A stretch of 64,000 nucleotides of DNA from Thermoanaerobaculia bacterium (GTDB lineage Bacteria > Acidobacteriota > Thermoanaerobaculia > Multivoradales > JAHEKO01). The stretch is taken from the NCBI GenBank assembly GCA_041567315.1, contig JBFGCA010000009.1, positions 339 through 64,338 on the forward strand, read 5' to 3'. The notes beneath the pieces are model-generated. The model was given only the letters and a program-made list of their open reading frames with translations. It did no database searches and was not told the DNA's origin. The position numbers and the translations under genes were made by a program. Positions 9,724-21,550 of the stretch are shown piece by piece. The first letter of the stretch is position 1. Each line of letters opens with the position of its first letter.

Positions 9724-11553
9724 ATGGTTCGTCGTCGCATTACGGCCCGGCTCGGGGCCACCGTCCTCGCCCTTGCCGCGGCCGGCCCGCTGGCGGCCCA
9801 GGAGCCGCCGCCCGGCTACGCCCAGGGGGTCCACATCGTGCGCCCGGGCGAGACCCTGATCGGCATCACTCGCAAGTACCTGGGCTCGGGCGACCGGTGG
9901 GCGGACAACCACCGGCTCAATCCGCAGATCGCCGACCCGCATCGGCTGACGCCGGGCGAGCGGATCCGGGTGCTGCTGCCGGCCGAGCCGCGGGTGCCCA
10001 CCGCCCGGGTGCGCAAGCTGGCCGGCCGGGTCGAGAACCGCCCGGCGCCGATTCCCTGGGACCCGGCACGGCGCGACGACCTGCTGCTCGAGCGCGACGG
10101 CCAGCGGACCTTCAGCCGCTCCTCCAGCGAGCTCGAGTTCCCCGACGGCACGCGGGTGGTGCTGACCGAGGAGTCGCTGGTCTTCTTCCGGCGCACCGGT
10201 GCGGGCCTCGCCGCCGAGCCGCAGCCGCGGTCGGTGGAGATCGTCGAGGGGCAGGCCGATCTCGAGGCCCGGGGCCTGCCGCCCGGCGGCGCCCCGGTCG
10301 AGGTGCTGATCGGCGGTACCCGGGCGGTGTCGCAGGTCGACGAGAGCGGCAAGGCCCAGACCCGGGCCCGCCGCTCGACCGAGGGGAGCGCCCAGCTGAT
10401 GGTCTACGAGGGCGCCGGCGAGGTCGAGGCGGCGGGGCAGAGGGTCGCGGTGGCGCGCGGCATGGGGACCAGCGCCGGTCCCGGCGGGCCGCCGGCGCCG
10501 CCCGAGGAGCTGCTGCCGGGCCCGCAGACCCTGCGCCCGGCGCCCGGCTCGCGGTGGGACTTCAACCAGCCGCGGCTCTACTGGCGAGAGGTCCCGGGCG
10601 CGGTCTCCTACACGGTCGAGGTCTGTCGCGACGCCGGCTGCGGCGAGCTGGTGCAGCGCCGGCTGGGGCTGACCGGGACCTCCTGGGAGCCAGAGCCGCT
10701 GCCGGTGGCCGATCTCTTCTGGCGGTCGACGGCGGTGAGCCCCTCGGGTCTGGACGGCTATCCCTCGACGGCGGTGCCCTTCAGCGTGCTCTCGGACCAG
10801 GGCGACGTCACCCCGCCGACCGGCGCGCTCAGCCTGGTGGGCCGCCAGACCCGGGTCGACCGCACCCTGTACGCGGACGACGAAGTCGAGGTCCAGGTAC
10901 AGCTGTCGGACGCGCAGAGCGGCGTCGAAAAGAGCGTGCCGCTGATCAACGAGGTCGAGCGGCCGGACTTCCAGCTGGCCGGGCCGTGGGATCCCGGCCC
11001 CTACCGGGTCTCGGTGCGGGCCACCGACCGGGCGGGCAACACCGGCGACCTGCCGGCGATCGAGTTCGTGGTCGACGGTGCCGGTCCGGGGATCGAGTGG
11101 CGGGCCGGGCCGTGGGACCCGCGGCCCGACCTGTCACCGGTGCCGCCGCGCAAGCGCCGCCGTTGGCTGCGGCGGGGCGCGGCGTGGCTGGAGTGGTCGG
11201 TCGACGCCCTCAACTGGCACCTGCTGGTCCTCGAGCCGGGACCGCCCAAGATGGCGCGCTTCCTGGAGCGCCACCCGCGGCTGGCCGCCGACGACTTCAT
11301 GGTCGGCAGCGAGCGGCCGCAGCTCCTCCTGCGGGCGATGGCCGACCGGCCCCTGACCGTCGGCGAGCACACGCTCGATCCCGGTGACCTGCTGCGGATC
11401 ACCGCTCTCGACGACGGCTCCGGGGTCTGGAAGCTGGCGGTCGCTCTGCGGCGTGGCGAGGGTCAGGCCGGTGGGCGGCTCGGGCGGCTCGAGCTGACCT
11501 CCACCGACGCCCTCGGCAACGAGTACCGGCTGGCGCTGCCCATCGGCGGCTAG
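9724..11553 (+). CDS. large secreted LysM-domain protein with a FecR-like region
   Basis: Signal peptide. LysM block (VHIVRPGETLIGITRKYLGSGDRWADNHRLNPQIADPHRLTPGERIRV). FPDGTRVVLTEESLVFF resembles a FecR sensor domain. ATG at 9724 preferred over TTG/GTG at 9700. Confidence 0.55.
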   Translation: MVRRRITARLGATVLALAAAGPLAAQEPPPGYAQGVHIVRPGETLIGITRKYLGSGDRWADNHRLNPQIADPHRLTPGERIRVLLPAEPRVPTARVRKLAGRVENRPAPIPWDPARRDDLLLERDGQRTFSRSSSELEFPDGTRVVLTEESLVFFRRTGAGLAAEPQPRSVEIVEGQADLEARGLPPGGAPVEVLIGGTRAVSQVDESGKAQTRARRSTEGSAQLMVYEGAGEVEAAGQRVAVARGMGTSAGPGGPPAPPEELLPGPQTLRPAPGSRWDFNQPRLYWREVPGAVSYTVEVCRDAGCGELVQRRLGLTGTSWEPEPLPVADLFWRSTAVSPSGLDGYPSTAVPFSVLSDQGDVTPPTGALSLVGRQTRVDRTLYADDEVEVQVQLSDAQSGVEKSVPLINEVERPDFQLAGPWDPGPYRVSVRATDRAGNTGDLPAIEFVVDGAGPGIEWRAGPWDPRPDLSPVPPRKRRRWLRRGAAWLEWSVDALNWHLLVLEPGPPKMARFLERHPRLAADDFMVGSERPQLLLRAMADRPLTVGEHTLDPGDLLRITALDDGSGVWKLAVALRRGEGQAGGRLGRLELTSTDALGNEYRLALPIGG

Positions 11554-11568
11554 CTCCTTCCCCAGCGC

Positions 11569-13574
<2,006 letters not shown>

Positions 13575-13578
<4 letters not shown>

Positions 13579-14699
13579 CGGGCGAGCAGCTCCTCGGCCG
13601 GCCGCGGGGCGCCGAAGTGGTAGCCCTGGCCCCAGGCGAATCCGAGACGGCGGCAGGCGGCGCCCTCGGCGTCGCGCTCGAGGCCCTCGGCGATCAGCCG
13701 CACGCCGAGATCCAGCGCCAGCCGCGCCAGACCCTCGAGCAGCCGGCGGTCGAACTTCAGGTAGTCGGGGGAGGCCTCCGCCAGCTCCCGCAGACGGGCC
13801 TGGCCGGCGCCGAAGTCGTCGTAGGCGAGACCGATCCGCAGCTCGGACAGGCGTCCCTTGAGGTCGACCATCGACGCCGGATCGGTGACCGCGCTCTCGT
13901 GGATCTCCAGCACCAGCGGCAGCTCGGGCTGCCGGCGGCGGATCTCGCGCAGGGACCCGATCAGCCCCTCCTCGCGCAGCTCGGCGGGATGGGTGTTGAG
14001 GAAGAACGGCCCCACCGCCGGCAGGCGGGCGCAGCCGGCCACCCCGACCGTGCGCAGCAGCCGGCTCAGCTCGGGCTCGGCGCCCAGGAAGGCGGCCAGC
14101 TCGAACAGCTCGCCGACGTCCGCCGGCAGCCCGTCGAGGCCGCCGCGGCCGAGGACCTCGTAGGCCACCGGCCGGCCGTCGGCGAGGTCGACGATGGGCT
14201 GGAAGAGCGGGTAGACGGCGCCCTTGGCGAGCAGCTCGCGCAGGCGCTGGGTGCGCTCCACCAGCAGCTGAGGCAGCGGGGTCTGGACCGCCCGCGTCGC
14301 ACCCAGCAGCAGTTCGGTGTGTCCCGGGTTCAGCCGGCCGAGACGGAACTCGGCGGTCGCGAAGTGGAGCACGTCGCCCTCGCGCAGCGGGGCGTCGCCG
14401 CTCAGCCGGCGCTGGTTGAGGAAGGTCCCGTTGGTGCTCCCCAGGTCGCGCAGCACCAGCCGCCCGTCGCTCGCCGAGATGCTGGCGTGGTGTTGCGAGA
14501 TCTCTGCCGCCTCGAGCGAGAGGTCGAGCCCGGGGCGCCGGCCGATGGTGAAGGGAAACGACAAGATGGGGACGCGCCGCAGGCGCCGGCCGTCGCCGAA
14601 GCCCTCCAGATACCAGAGGGATCCGCCGAAGATGTCGGGCCGGGGCTCAGGCGATGTTGCCAACGGCCAGATAGGACCGTCCCGGCTCGCTGCCCACAC
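13575..14699 (-). CDS. FHA-domain / EAL-domain protein (putative phospho-Thr-recruited c-di-GMP phosphodiesterase); start uncertain
   Basis: FHA block (FPFTIGRRPGLDLSLEAAEISQHHASISAS...LRDLGSTNGTFLN). EAL motifs EVL, N, EIHE, DDFGAG, KFD, EGLE and QGYHF. The stop overlaps the kinase start (ATGA, 13575-13578). Confidence 0.75.
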
Positions 14700-16578
14700 C
14701 CGACTCCAGCAGCTCGCGCAGCCGCCGGCCCGCCACCGGGGTGCTGAAGTAGTAGCCCTGCAGGTACTTGCAGCCCTCGCGGCGCAGGTAGTCGGCCTGC
14801 TCGCGGGTCTCGACTCCCTCGGCCACCAGGTTGAGGTCCAGGTAGTGGGCGAGAGCGATCACCGCCTTGATGATCGCCTTGTTCTCCTTGTCGGCCGGCA
14901 GATTGGCCACGAACGAGCGGTCGATCTTGAGGGTGTGGATGGGGAATCTCTTGAGATAGGCCAGCGACGAGTAACCGGTGCCGAAGTCGTCGATCGAGAT
15001 CCTCAGGCCGAGGGCCTGGAGCGCGGTCAGCCGCTCCATGGTCTTCTGCACCTCGGTCATCGCCACCGTCTCGGTGACCTCCAGCTCCAGCGCCTCGGGC
15101 TCGAGTCGGGTCTGTTCGAGGATCGAGGCCACGGTGTCGACAAAGGTGCGCTCGCGGAACTGCAGCGCCGAGATGTTGACCGCGATGGTGAAGTCGCGGA
15201 ACCCGCCCCGACGCAGCTCGCGGGCCTGCTCGCAGGCGGTCCGCAGCACCCAGTTGCCGAGCGGCAGGATGATCCCGGTCTCCTCGGCCAGGGGAATGAA
15301 GTGACCCGGCGACAGCCGGCCCTGGCTGGGATGGTTCCAGTAGACCAGCGCCTCGACGCCCACCACCTCGCCGCTCTGGCTGTGGATCTTGGGCTGATAG
15401 AGCAGCTCCATCTCGTCGTTCTCGGCGGCGTAGGTCAGCGCCATCTTGAGCTGCAGCTTCTCGAAGGCATTGGCGCCCATGGTCGGCGCGTAGAGCCGGA
15501 AACGGTTGCGGCCCTGCCGCTTGGCGGTGTGCAGGGCGTTCTCGGCGTTGCGCATCAGGGTCTGGGCGTCCTCGCCGTCCCAGGGGTAGAGGCTGGCGCC
15601 GAGGCTGGCGGTGATCGCCAGCTGCTGGCCACCGAAGTCGTAGGGCTCGCCGACCGCACCCAGGATGGCGGTCGCGGCCTGCTTGACCTCCTCGCTGGTG
15701 GCCGGGTCGCGGACCAGGAAGATGAACTCGTCGTCCCCGAAGCGCGCCACCAGGTCGTTGCTCTTACGCGACTCGATGAATCGCTCGCCGACGCTGCGCA
15801 GCAGGAAGTCGCCCACCGCGTAGCCGAAGGTGTCGTTGACCTCCTTGAAGTGGTCGATGTCGACCAGCAGCACCCCCAGCTTGTCCTCGTGCGGGCTCAT
15901 GCCGGCTACCGCCTCCTTGAGCTCCTCGGTGAACAGGCGGCGGTTGGGCAGACCGGTGAGCGGGTCGTAGAGCTGCTGCTCGCCGAGCTTCTCGTGGGTC
16001 CGCGAGGTGATCAGCGCCAGGGCGGCGAGGGCGCTGGCGATCTCCAGGGTCTCGAGGTCGTCGCCCGCCGGCTGCCGTGCCTCCGGGTGGTAGAGGGCGA
16101 CGGTGCCCAGGATCCGCACCTCGTCTTCCTCGCCGGGGCCGCCGGCCCAGCGCACGCTGCGGATCGGCGCCGACCAGCAGGAGCGCAGCCCGGCCTCGAG
16201 GGCGGGTTCGCGCATTCCCTCCCACAGCGGGTCGCTGGCGATGTCGGAGGTGATGACGATCTCGTTGCGATGGACGGCGGCGCTGCAGGCGCCGGGGGCG
16301 AGCCCGACCGACAGGCCGTCCAGCTCGCTGCGGAGCGAGGCCGGCAGGCTGGGCGCGGCCGCCACCCGCAGGGTCGCTTCCGACGGCTCGTAGAGGGACA
16401 CGCAGGCGCGCACCCCCGGCAGCGAGCCTTCGACCACTTGGCAGAATTCGTCGAGGGTGCGGTTGAGGTGGGCGCCGCCGGCGATCAGGCTGAGCACCCG
16501 GCTCTGTCCCTGGAGAATGCGGGACGAGAAAGCCTGGTGGCCCTCCGGGGCAGGGCTCGGGGCGGGGTCGGACGGCAT
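14647..16578 (-). CDS. GAF - degenerate GGDEF (GDDEF) - EAL protein
   Basis: GGDEF fold with signature RFGDDEF, where Asp replaces the second Gly. EAL motifs ELLYQP, EVTE, DDFGTGYSS, KID and QGYYF. N-terminal GAF-like domain. Confidence 0.8.
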   Translation of the reverse strand: MPSDPAPSPAPEGHQAFSSRILQGQSRVLSLIAGGAHLNRTLDEFCQVVEGSLPGVRACVSLYEPSEATLRVAAAPSLPASLRSELDGLSVGLAPGACSAAVHRNEIVITSDIASDPLWEGMREPALEAGLRSCWSAPIRSVRWAGGPGEEDEVRILGTVALYHPEARQPAGDDLETLEIASALAALALITSRTHEKLGEQQLYDPLTGLPNRRLFTEELKEAVAGMSPHEDKLGVLLVDIDHFKEVNDTFGYAVGDFLLRSVGERFIESRKSNDLVARFGDDEFIFLVRDPATSEEVKQAATAILGAVGEPYDFGGQQLAITASLGASLYPWDGEDAQTLMRNAENALHTAKRQGRNRFRLYAPTMGANAFEKLQLKMALTYAAENDEMELLYQPKIHSQSGEVVGVEALVYWNHPSQGRLSPGHFIPLAEETGIILPLGNWVLRTACEQARELRRGGFRDFTIAVNISALQFRERTFVDTVASILEQTRLEPEALELEVTETVAMTEVQKTMERLTALQALGLRISIDDFGTGYSSLAYLKRFPIHTLKIDRSFVANLPADKENKAIIKAVIALAHYLDLNLVAEGVETREQADYLRREGCKYLQGYYFSTPVAGRRLRELLESGVGSEPGRSYLAVGNIA

Positions 16579-16635
16579 AAAGCGTTACGACGAGTATAGC
16601 AAGCCATGGCCGGCCGGTCGTCGTAGGATTACCCG

Positions 16636-17790
16636 ATGAACCGAGGGTGCGACGCGGGTGCGGCCGGCCGTGGCGCCGCGCGCGGATTGCCGGTGGCGCT
16701 GCTGATGGCACTGCTGGTGCCGCCGGCGGCGGGTGCGGGGCCCGGTGGTGGACCGTTTCCCCAGCCGGAAGGGCTGGCCGGGGGCGGGCCCGAGCCGGGG
16801 CCGCTGCGGCTGAGCGACGGCTTCCTGCTCGCCCCCTACCTGCCGTTCGAGGCGGTGCCGAGCGAGCCGCTGCCAGCCGGCAGGTGGCGGCTCCGCCTCG
16901 AGCTGTCGACCGCCAACACCTTCATTCGCTCGGGCTCCGTGCAGGTCGGTCTCGAGATCCGCGAGGGCCGCCAGCCGGTGGACCGCGCCTTCTTCAAGCA
17001 GGTCGAGGAGATCGCGGTGCCCGGCGAGCGGCTGTTTCTGGTCGACGGCGAGACGCGGCGCGGCGCCCTGCGGGCGCGCCGCGGCCTCGGCCAGGGCTTC
17101 GAGCTGGAGGTCACGCTGCCCTGGGCGCAGCTCGGCGGCGGCCGCCTCGATTCGGCGGTCGAGGGCTTCCACGATCTGACCGGGCTCGACCAGGACGGCC
17201 GGCAGTCGGTGCTCCACGACGGTTTCCTGATCTTCCTGCAGAGTGCCGGCGGCGAGACCTTCCTCGAGCGCCCGCCGGGGAGCGGGTTGGCCGACGCGGT
17301 GGTCTCGGTGCGGCGTCACTGGCGTGCCGCCGACCGGCCGCACTGGCGCTGGGGCGCCGCCGGCTCGCTCAAGCTGCCGACCGGCGACCGCGACCGGCTG
17401 CTCGGGACCGGGTCGGTGGACGGCGAGCTGCAGCTCGACGTCAGCCGTTGCCGCGGTCGCACCTGTTACCACGGCGCCGTGGGGGTCGCGCGGCTGGGCT
17501 CGTGGGACCTGCTGGGCCTGCCGGCGCAGTGGCGGCTCGCCGCCCTGGCCGGTTTCGAGCGGCGGCTGGGCGCGCTCTCCGCGCTCAACCTGCAGATGAC
17601 CTTCGGCGAGAGCCCGCTCGGCGGCCTGGGGGTGTCCGACCTGGCGGCCGACGTCTACCAGCTGAGCGCCGGCTGGAAGCGCTGGCTGGGGGGCGGCCGC
17701 GAACTGTTCGTCGCCGTCACCGAGAACGTGATCCATTTCGAGAACGGCGCCGACCTGGCGCTGCACCTGGGCATCGAGCAGGGTCTTTGA
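16636..17790 (+). CDS. hypothetical secreted protein (possibly DUF3187-like)
   Basis: Signal peptide (LPVALLMALLVPPAAGA). The supplied translation is diverse and non-repetitive. The other-frame ORF at 16647 is Arg/Ala-rich and was rejected. Confidence 0.45.
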   Translation: MNRGCDAGAAGRGAARGLPVALLMALLVPPAAGAGPGGGPFPQPEGLAGGGPEPGPLRLSDGFLLAPYLPFEAVPSEPLPAGRWRLRLELSTANTFIRSGSVQVGLEIREGRQPVDRAFFKQVEEIAVPGERLFLVDGETRRGALRARRGLGQGFELEVTLPWAQLGGGRLDSAVEGFHDLTGLDQDGRQSVLHDGFLIFLQSAGGETFLERPPGSGLADAVVSVRRHWRAADRPHWRWGAAGSLKLPTGDRDRLLGTGSVDGELQLDVSRCRGRTCYHGAVGVARLGSWDLLGLPAQWRLAALAGFERRLGALSALNLQMTFGESPLGGLGVSDLAADVYQLSAGWKRWLGGGRELFVAVTENVIHFENGADLALHLGIEQGL

Positions 17791-17849
17791 GCTGGCGGGG
17801 CGTCGCCGCCGCGACGCCCGCGCTATAGTGCGCTCTCCGGTCCCCCGCC

Positions 17850-18524
17850 ATGCACCCGATCAGGTTGCCCGCCGCGCTGCCCGTGTTTCCCTTGACCGGG
17901 ACCGTTCTGCTGCCGGGCAATTTCCTGCCGCTCAACGTCTTCGAAGCGCGCTACCGCCAACTGGTGGAGGACGTGGCGGCGGGCGGCGGCGTCATCGGCA
18001 TGATCCAGCCGCTGGTGCCGATGCCCGACAACTGGGGACCGGTGGTGGGAGCGTCGGCCCGGCCCGAGCTCTACCGGGTGGGGTGCGCCGGGGTGCTGAC
18101 CGAGTGCGAGCGCCAGCCGGACGGCCGCTACGTGATCGTTCTGCGAGGTGCGAGCCGGTTCCGGGTGCGCCGCGAGCGCGACAGCGGCAGGACCTATCGC
18201 GTGCTCGAGGTCGACTTCAGCGAGTTCAGAGACGATCTGCGCGAGCGGGGCGCGGCGGTCGAGCCGGTGCGCTTGCTGGCGGCGGTGGAGGCGATGTCGG
18301 ACGACTGGGGGCTGGAGTTCGATCTCGATCTGCTGCGGTCGTTGCCCGGCGTCGCCCTGCTCAACGCCCTGTGTGCGGCACTGCCGCTGTCGCCGGCCGA
18401 GAAACAGGCGCTGCTCGAGGCACCCGGGGTCGAGGAGCGTTACGAGCTGCTGCTCGATCTGATGGGCATGGGACCGGGCATGCCGCTCGGCGTCGAGCGC
18501 TTCAAGCCGCCGACGGTTCATTAG
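17850..18524 (+). CDS. Lon N-terminal (LON substrate-binding, PUA-like) domain protein
   Basis: LPVFPLTGTVLLPGNFLPLNVFEARY is the classic Lon-N opening. ~220 aa stand-alone. Confidence 0.7.
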   Translation: MHPIRLPAALPVFPLTGTVLLPGNFLPLNVFEARYRQLVEDVAAGGGVIGMIQPLVPMPDNWGPVVGASARPELYRVGCAGVLTECERQPDGRYVIVLRGASRFRVRRERDSGRTYRVLEVDFSEFRDDLRERGAAVEPVRLLAAVEAMSDDWGLEFDLDLLRSLPGVALLNALCAALPLSPAEKQALLEAPGVEERYELLLDLMGMGPGMPLGVERFKPPTVH

Positions 18525-18570
18525 CCCCCTCTCGGCCGCTGTGCTAGGTTGGCCGCGGCGAGGGTCCGCC

Positions 18571-18921
18571 ATGGCCGACGGCAAAAGCGTCTACAAGATC
18601 GTCTTCCTCAACCAGGGGGAGGTGTTCGAGGTCTACGCTCGCCAGGTCACGCAGGGCAGTCTGTTCGGCTTCGTCGAGGTCGAGGAGCTGGTCTTCGGCG
18701 AGCGCTCGCAGGTGGTCGTCGATCCCACCGAAGAGCGGGTCAAGAACGAGTTCCGCGGGGTCAAGCGGTTCCACGTACCGCTCCACGCGGTGGTGCGGAT
18801 CGACGAGGTGGAGCGCGAGGGAGTGGCGCGGGTCACCGCCCCCCGCGAGGGCGCCGGCACGGTCGCGGCCTTCCCCGGCCCGCTCTATCCGCCCCGCGAT
18901 CTCGGCAAGACCGGGCGGTAG
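18571..18921 (+). CDS. DUF1820-family protein
   Basis: YKIVFLNQGEVFEVYARQV...GFVEVEELVFGE...KNEFRGVKRFHVPLHAVVRIDEV matches my recollection of the DUF1820 signature. ATG at 18571. Confidence 0.55.
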   Translation: MADGKSVYKIVFLNQGEVFEVYARQVTQGSLFGFVEVEELVFGERSQVVVDPTEERVKNEFRGVKRFHVPLHAVVRIDEVEREGVARVTAPREGAGTVAAFPGPLYPPRDLGKTGR

Positions 18922-18996
18922 CGGGCGGCTTGCCGGCGCCTGGGTCTCGGCCGCGATGGCTCGCTCATCCACGCCCGATTCGAGTGCTACGGGCCA

Positions 18997-19974
18997 CTAG
19001 CCGGTGCCGGCCGGCGCCCGGTAGAGCCGCCGCACCCACTCGGCGTCCTCGGCGCTCAGCGGCTCGCCGAGGGTGGCGGCCGCCGCCACGTGCTCGGGCC
19101 GGCGCGCGCCCAGCAGCACGCAGGCCGACGGCTGCCCGGTGAGCAGCGCTCCGACCAGGGCGTGGAGCACTGGCTGCGGATGGCCGGCGAAGCGGCGCCG
19201 GACCCGCTCGCCGCAGTCGCGCAGGTGGTCGAGCACCGCCGGATCGCGAAACTCGGCGATCCGCCGCCGGTGGTCCCCCTCCTCGAACACGGGGGGCTCG
19301 AGGTAGCCGCCGAGCAGCAGCCCGTGCTTGAGCGGGGAGAAGAAGGCCACCCCGGCGTCGTGGGCCGTCACCCAGCGGTCGAGACCGCTCCCGGCGTAGC
19401 CGTCGTCTCGGACGTTGCGGTAGGGCTGCACCACGTCCGGATCCACCGCGCTCGCGTAGCGCAGGATCTTCTGCGAGCTCCAGTCCGAGAGCCCGATGAA
19501 GCGGATCTTGCCCTCCTCCCGGCAGCGCCGCAGCAGTTCGATCGCCCCCTCCAGCCGCCCGTTTCCGGGGCCGAAGTCGCAGTGGTGCAGGTAGTAGAGA
19601 TCGATCCACTCGGTGCGCAGCAGCCGCAGCGACCGCTCCAGCCGGTCGCGGATCTGGTGCGGGTGGTAGAAGCCCTCCCAGGGCCCGGGGTCCCAGCCCA
19701 CCTTGCTGGCCAGGAAGATCCGGCGCCGGTCGACCCGGTGCCACAGCCCGCCGATCAGCTCCTCGGCGTGCCCGTCTCCGTAGACGTCGGCGGTGTCCCA
19801 GTGGGTGAGCCCCAGCTCGGCCGCGCGCACCAGCGCCTCCCGGGCCAGCCCGTCGTCCGCCCCCGACCATCCCACCGGCTCCCCGCCCACCGTTTTCGGC
19901 CCCCCGTGCCCCCAGGTCCCCACCGCCACCGCCGGCACCCTGACCTCCGTCCGCCCCAACCGCACCTCGTGCAT
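18997..19974 (-). CDS. aldo/keto reductase
   Basis: TWGHGG...DTADVYGDGHAEELIG...IDLYYLHHCD motifs. ATG at 19974. Confidence 0.8.
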   Translation of the reverse strand: MHEVRLGRTEVRVPAVAVGTWGHGGPKTVGGEPVGWSGADDGLAREALVRAAELGLTHWDTADVYGDGHAEELIGGLWHRVDRRRIFLASKVGWDPGPWEGFYHPHQIRDRLERSLRLLRTEWIDLYYLHHCDFGPGNGRLEGAIELLRRCREEGKIRFIGLSDWSSQKILRYASAVDPDVVQPYRNVRDDGYAGSGLDRWVTAHDAGVAFFSPLKHGLLLGGYLEPPVFEEGDHRRRIAEFRDPAVLDHLRDCGERVRRRFAGHPQPVLHALVGALLTGQPSACVLLGARRPEHVAAAATLGEPLSAEDAEWVRRLYRAPAGTG

Positions 19975-20051
19975 CTCGTCTACTCCTTTCCTCGAACTGC
20001 ACCGACCGACGTTACCCTTCAACCTCCACACGCTAGAATCCCCTTCCCGCC

Positions 20052-20867
20052 ATGAGTGAGCCCGAGCTCTCCATCGACCCCACCGAGGCCCGGCGCCGCC
20101 GCGTTCCCCGCGTCTGGCCCTGGGCCCTGCTGCTGGCGCTGCTGGCCGGCGGTCTCGGCTACTACCTGTGGTCGCGTGGGCGTCCCACGGCGCCGGCCCC
20201 GCCGGAGCCGGTGGCGCCGGCCGCCGAGACCCAGCCCGACGATGCGCCTCCGCCCGCCCCGCCGCGGGTCGATCTGCCCAGCCTGGAGGCCAGCGACCCG
20301 TGGATGCGCGAAGTGGTGGCCCAGCTCTCCGCGCACCCGGCGCTGCTCCGCTGGCTGGCCACCGACGAGCTGGTGCGCCGCTTCGTCGCCGCCGTCGACA
20401 ACGTCGCCGAGGGCCGCAGTCCGCGGCCCCATATCGGCTTCCTGCAGCCGGCCGAGGGGTTCCAGGTGCGTCAGGAGGGCGGCCGCCTGACGGTCGACGG
20501 CGAGAGCTACCGGCGCTACGACCCGGTGGTCAACGTCATCGACTCGCTCGACGTCCGCGGCACCACCGAGCTGTACCGCTCGGTGCGGCCGCTCCTCAAT
20601 CAGGCCTACGACGACCTGGGGTACCCGGACCGCAGCTTCGACGCCACCCTGGCGCGGGCGATCGACGAGCTGCTGGCGACGCCGGTGCCGAGCGGGGCCC
20701 CGGTCCTGGAGCGCGACGTCACCGCCTTCACCTACGCCGATCCCCGGCTGGAAGGCTTGAGCGACGCGCAGAAGCACTTCCTGCGCCTCGGCCCGGACAA
20801 CCTCCTGCGGCTACAGGCCAAGGCCCGGCGCCTGGCCACCGAGATCGGTCTACCGATCAGGCCGTAG
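20052..20867 (+). CDS. DUF3014-family membrane-anchored protein
   Basis: N-terminal TM helix. C-terminal TAFTYADPRLEGLSDAQKHFLRLGPDNLLRLQAK block resembles DUF3014. Confidence 0.5.
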   Translation: MSEPELSIDPTEARRRRVPRVWPWALLLALLAGGLGYYLWSRGRPTAPAPPEPVAPAAETQPDDAPPPAPPRVDLPSLEASDPWMREVVAQLSAHPALLRWLATDELVRRFVAAVDNVAEGRSPRPHIGFLQPAEGFQVRQEGGRLTVDGESYRRYDPVVNVIDSLDVRGTTELYRSVRPLLNQAYDDLGYPDRSFDATLARAIDELLATPVPSGAPVLERDVTAFTYADPRLEGLSDAQKHFLRLGPDNLLRLQAKARRLATEIGLPIRP

Positions 20868-20928
20868 TCGGCCCGCGCTCGCAGTGCCGGACGCCGGCGG
20901 TGCCAGGCGCGCCGGTGCCGAAGTGCCG

Positions 20929-21531
20929 TCAGGGCAACAGCCGGCCGACGCGGCGCATCCACAGAGTGAGCAGCAGGTGGGCCGGCAGGTAGACCACCAG
21001 CGGGTAGCCGGCGACGCAGAGCAGCAGCAGGTAGAGGAGCGGCGGCAGCGCGGTCTGGTGCCCGCCGAACGGTCCCCACACCCAGTTGAGATTGCGCTCG
21101 GGGTCGATCAGCAGGTAGGTGGCGGGGAGCAGCAGCCAGGTGAAGGCGATCTGCAGCCGCCAGCCGCGGCGGTCGTACCCCAGCCGCCAGACCGCCCACA
21201 GCAGGAGGGCCGGGATCCAGACGTGGAACAGCGACAGCAGGCGCATCGGCAGCGGGATGCTCGGGTCGAACATGTAGTCGGTGCCGCCGATCGGGTGGAC
21301 GCCGGCCACCAGCCGGGCGACGACGTCGATCGTCCACAGCGTCTGGATCAGCAGCACCGCCACCGCCTGCGAGGAGAAGAGCAGCGGGCTCTCGAGCCAG
21401 ATCGCGGCCGCCACCACGAAGTTGGCGGCATCGCACAGCCACAGGAAATTCCCCGGCCCGTACTGCACCCAGTAGGCGGGCACCCACACCACCATCCAGG
21501 CGGCGTAGGCCAGCTTCAGCCAGCCCGGCAT
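20929..21531 (-). CDS. integral membrane protein, unknown function
   Basis: ~6 predicted TM helices, Trp-rich. Confidence 0.5.
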   Translation of the reverse strand: MPGWLKLAYAAWMVVWVPAYWVQYGPGNFLWLCDAANFVVAAAIWLESPLLFSSQAVAVLLIQTLWTIDVVARLVAGVHPIGGTDYMFDPSIPLPMRLLSLFHVWIPALLLWAVWRLGYDRRGWRLQIAFTWLLLPATYLLIDPERNLNWVWGPFGGHQTALPPLLYLLLLCVAGYPLVVYLPAHLLLTLWMRRVGRLLP

Positions 21532-21550
21532 CGTGGTGTGACGATACCGG

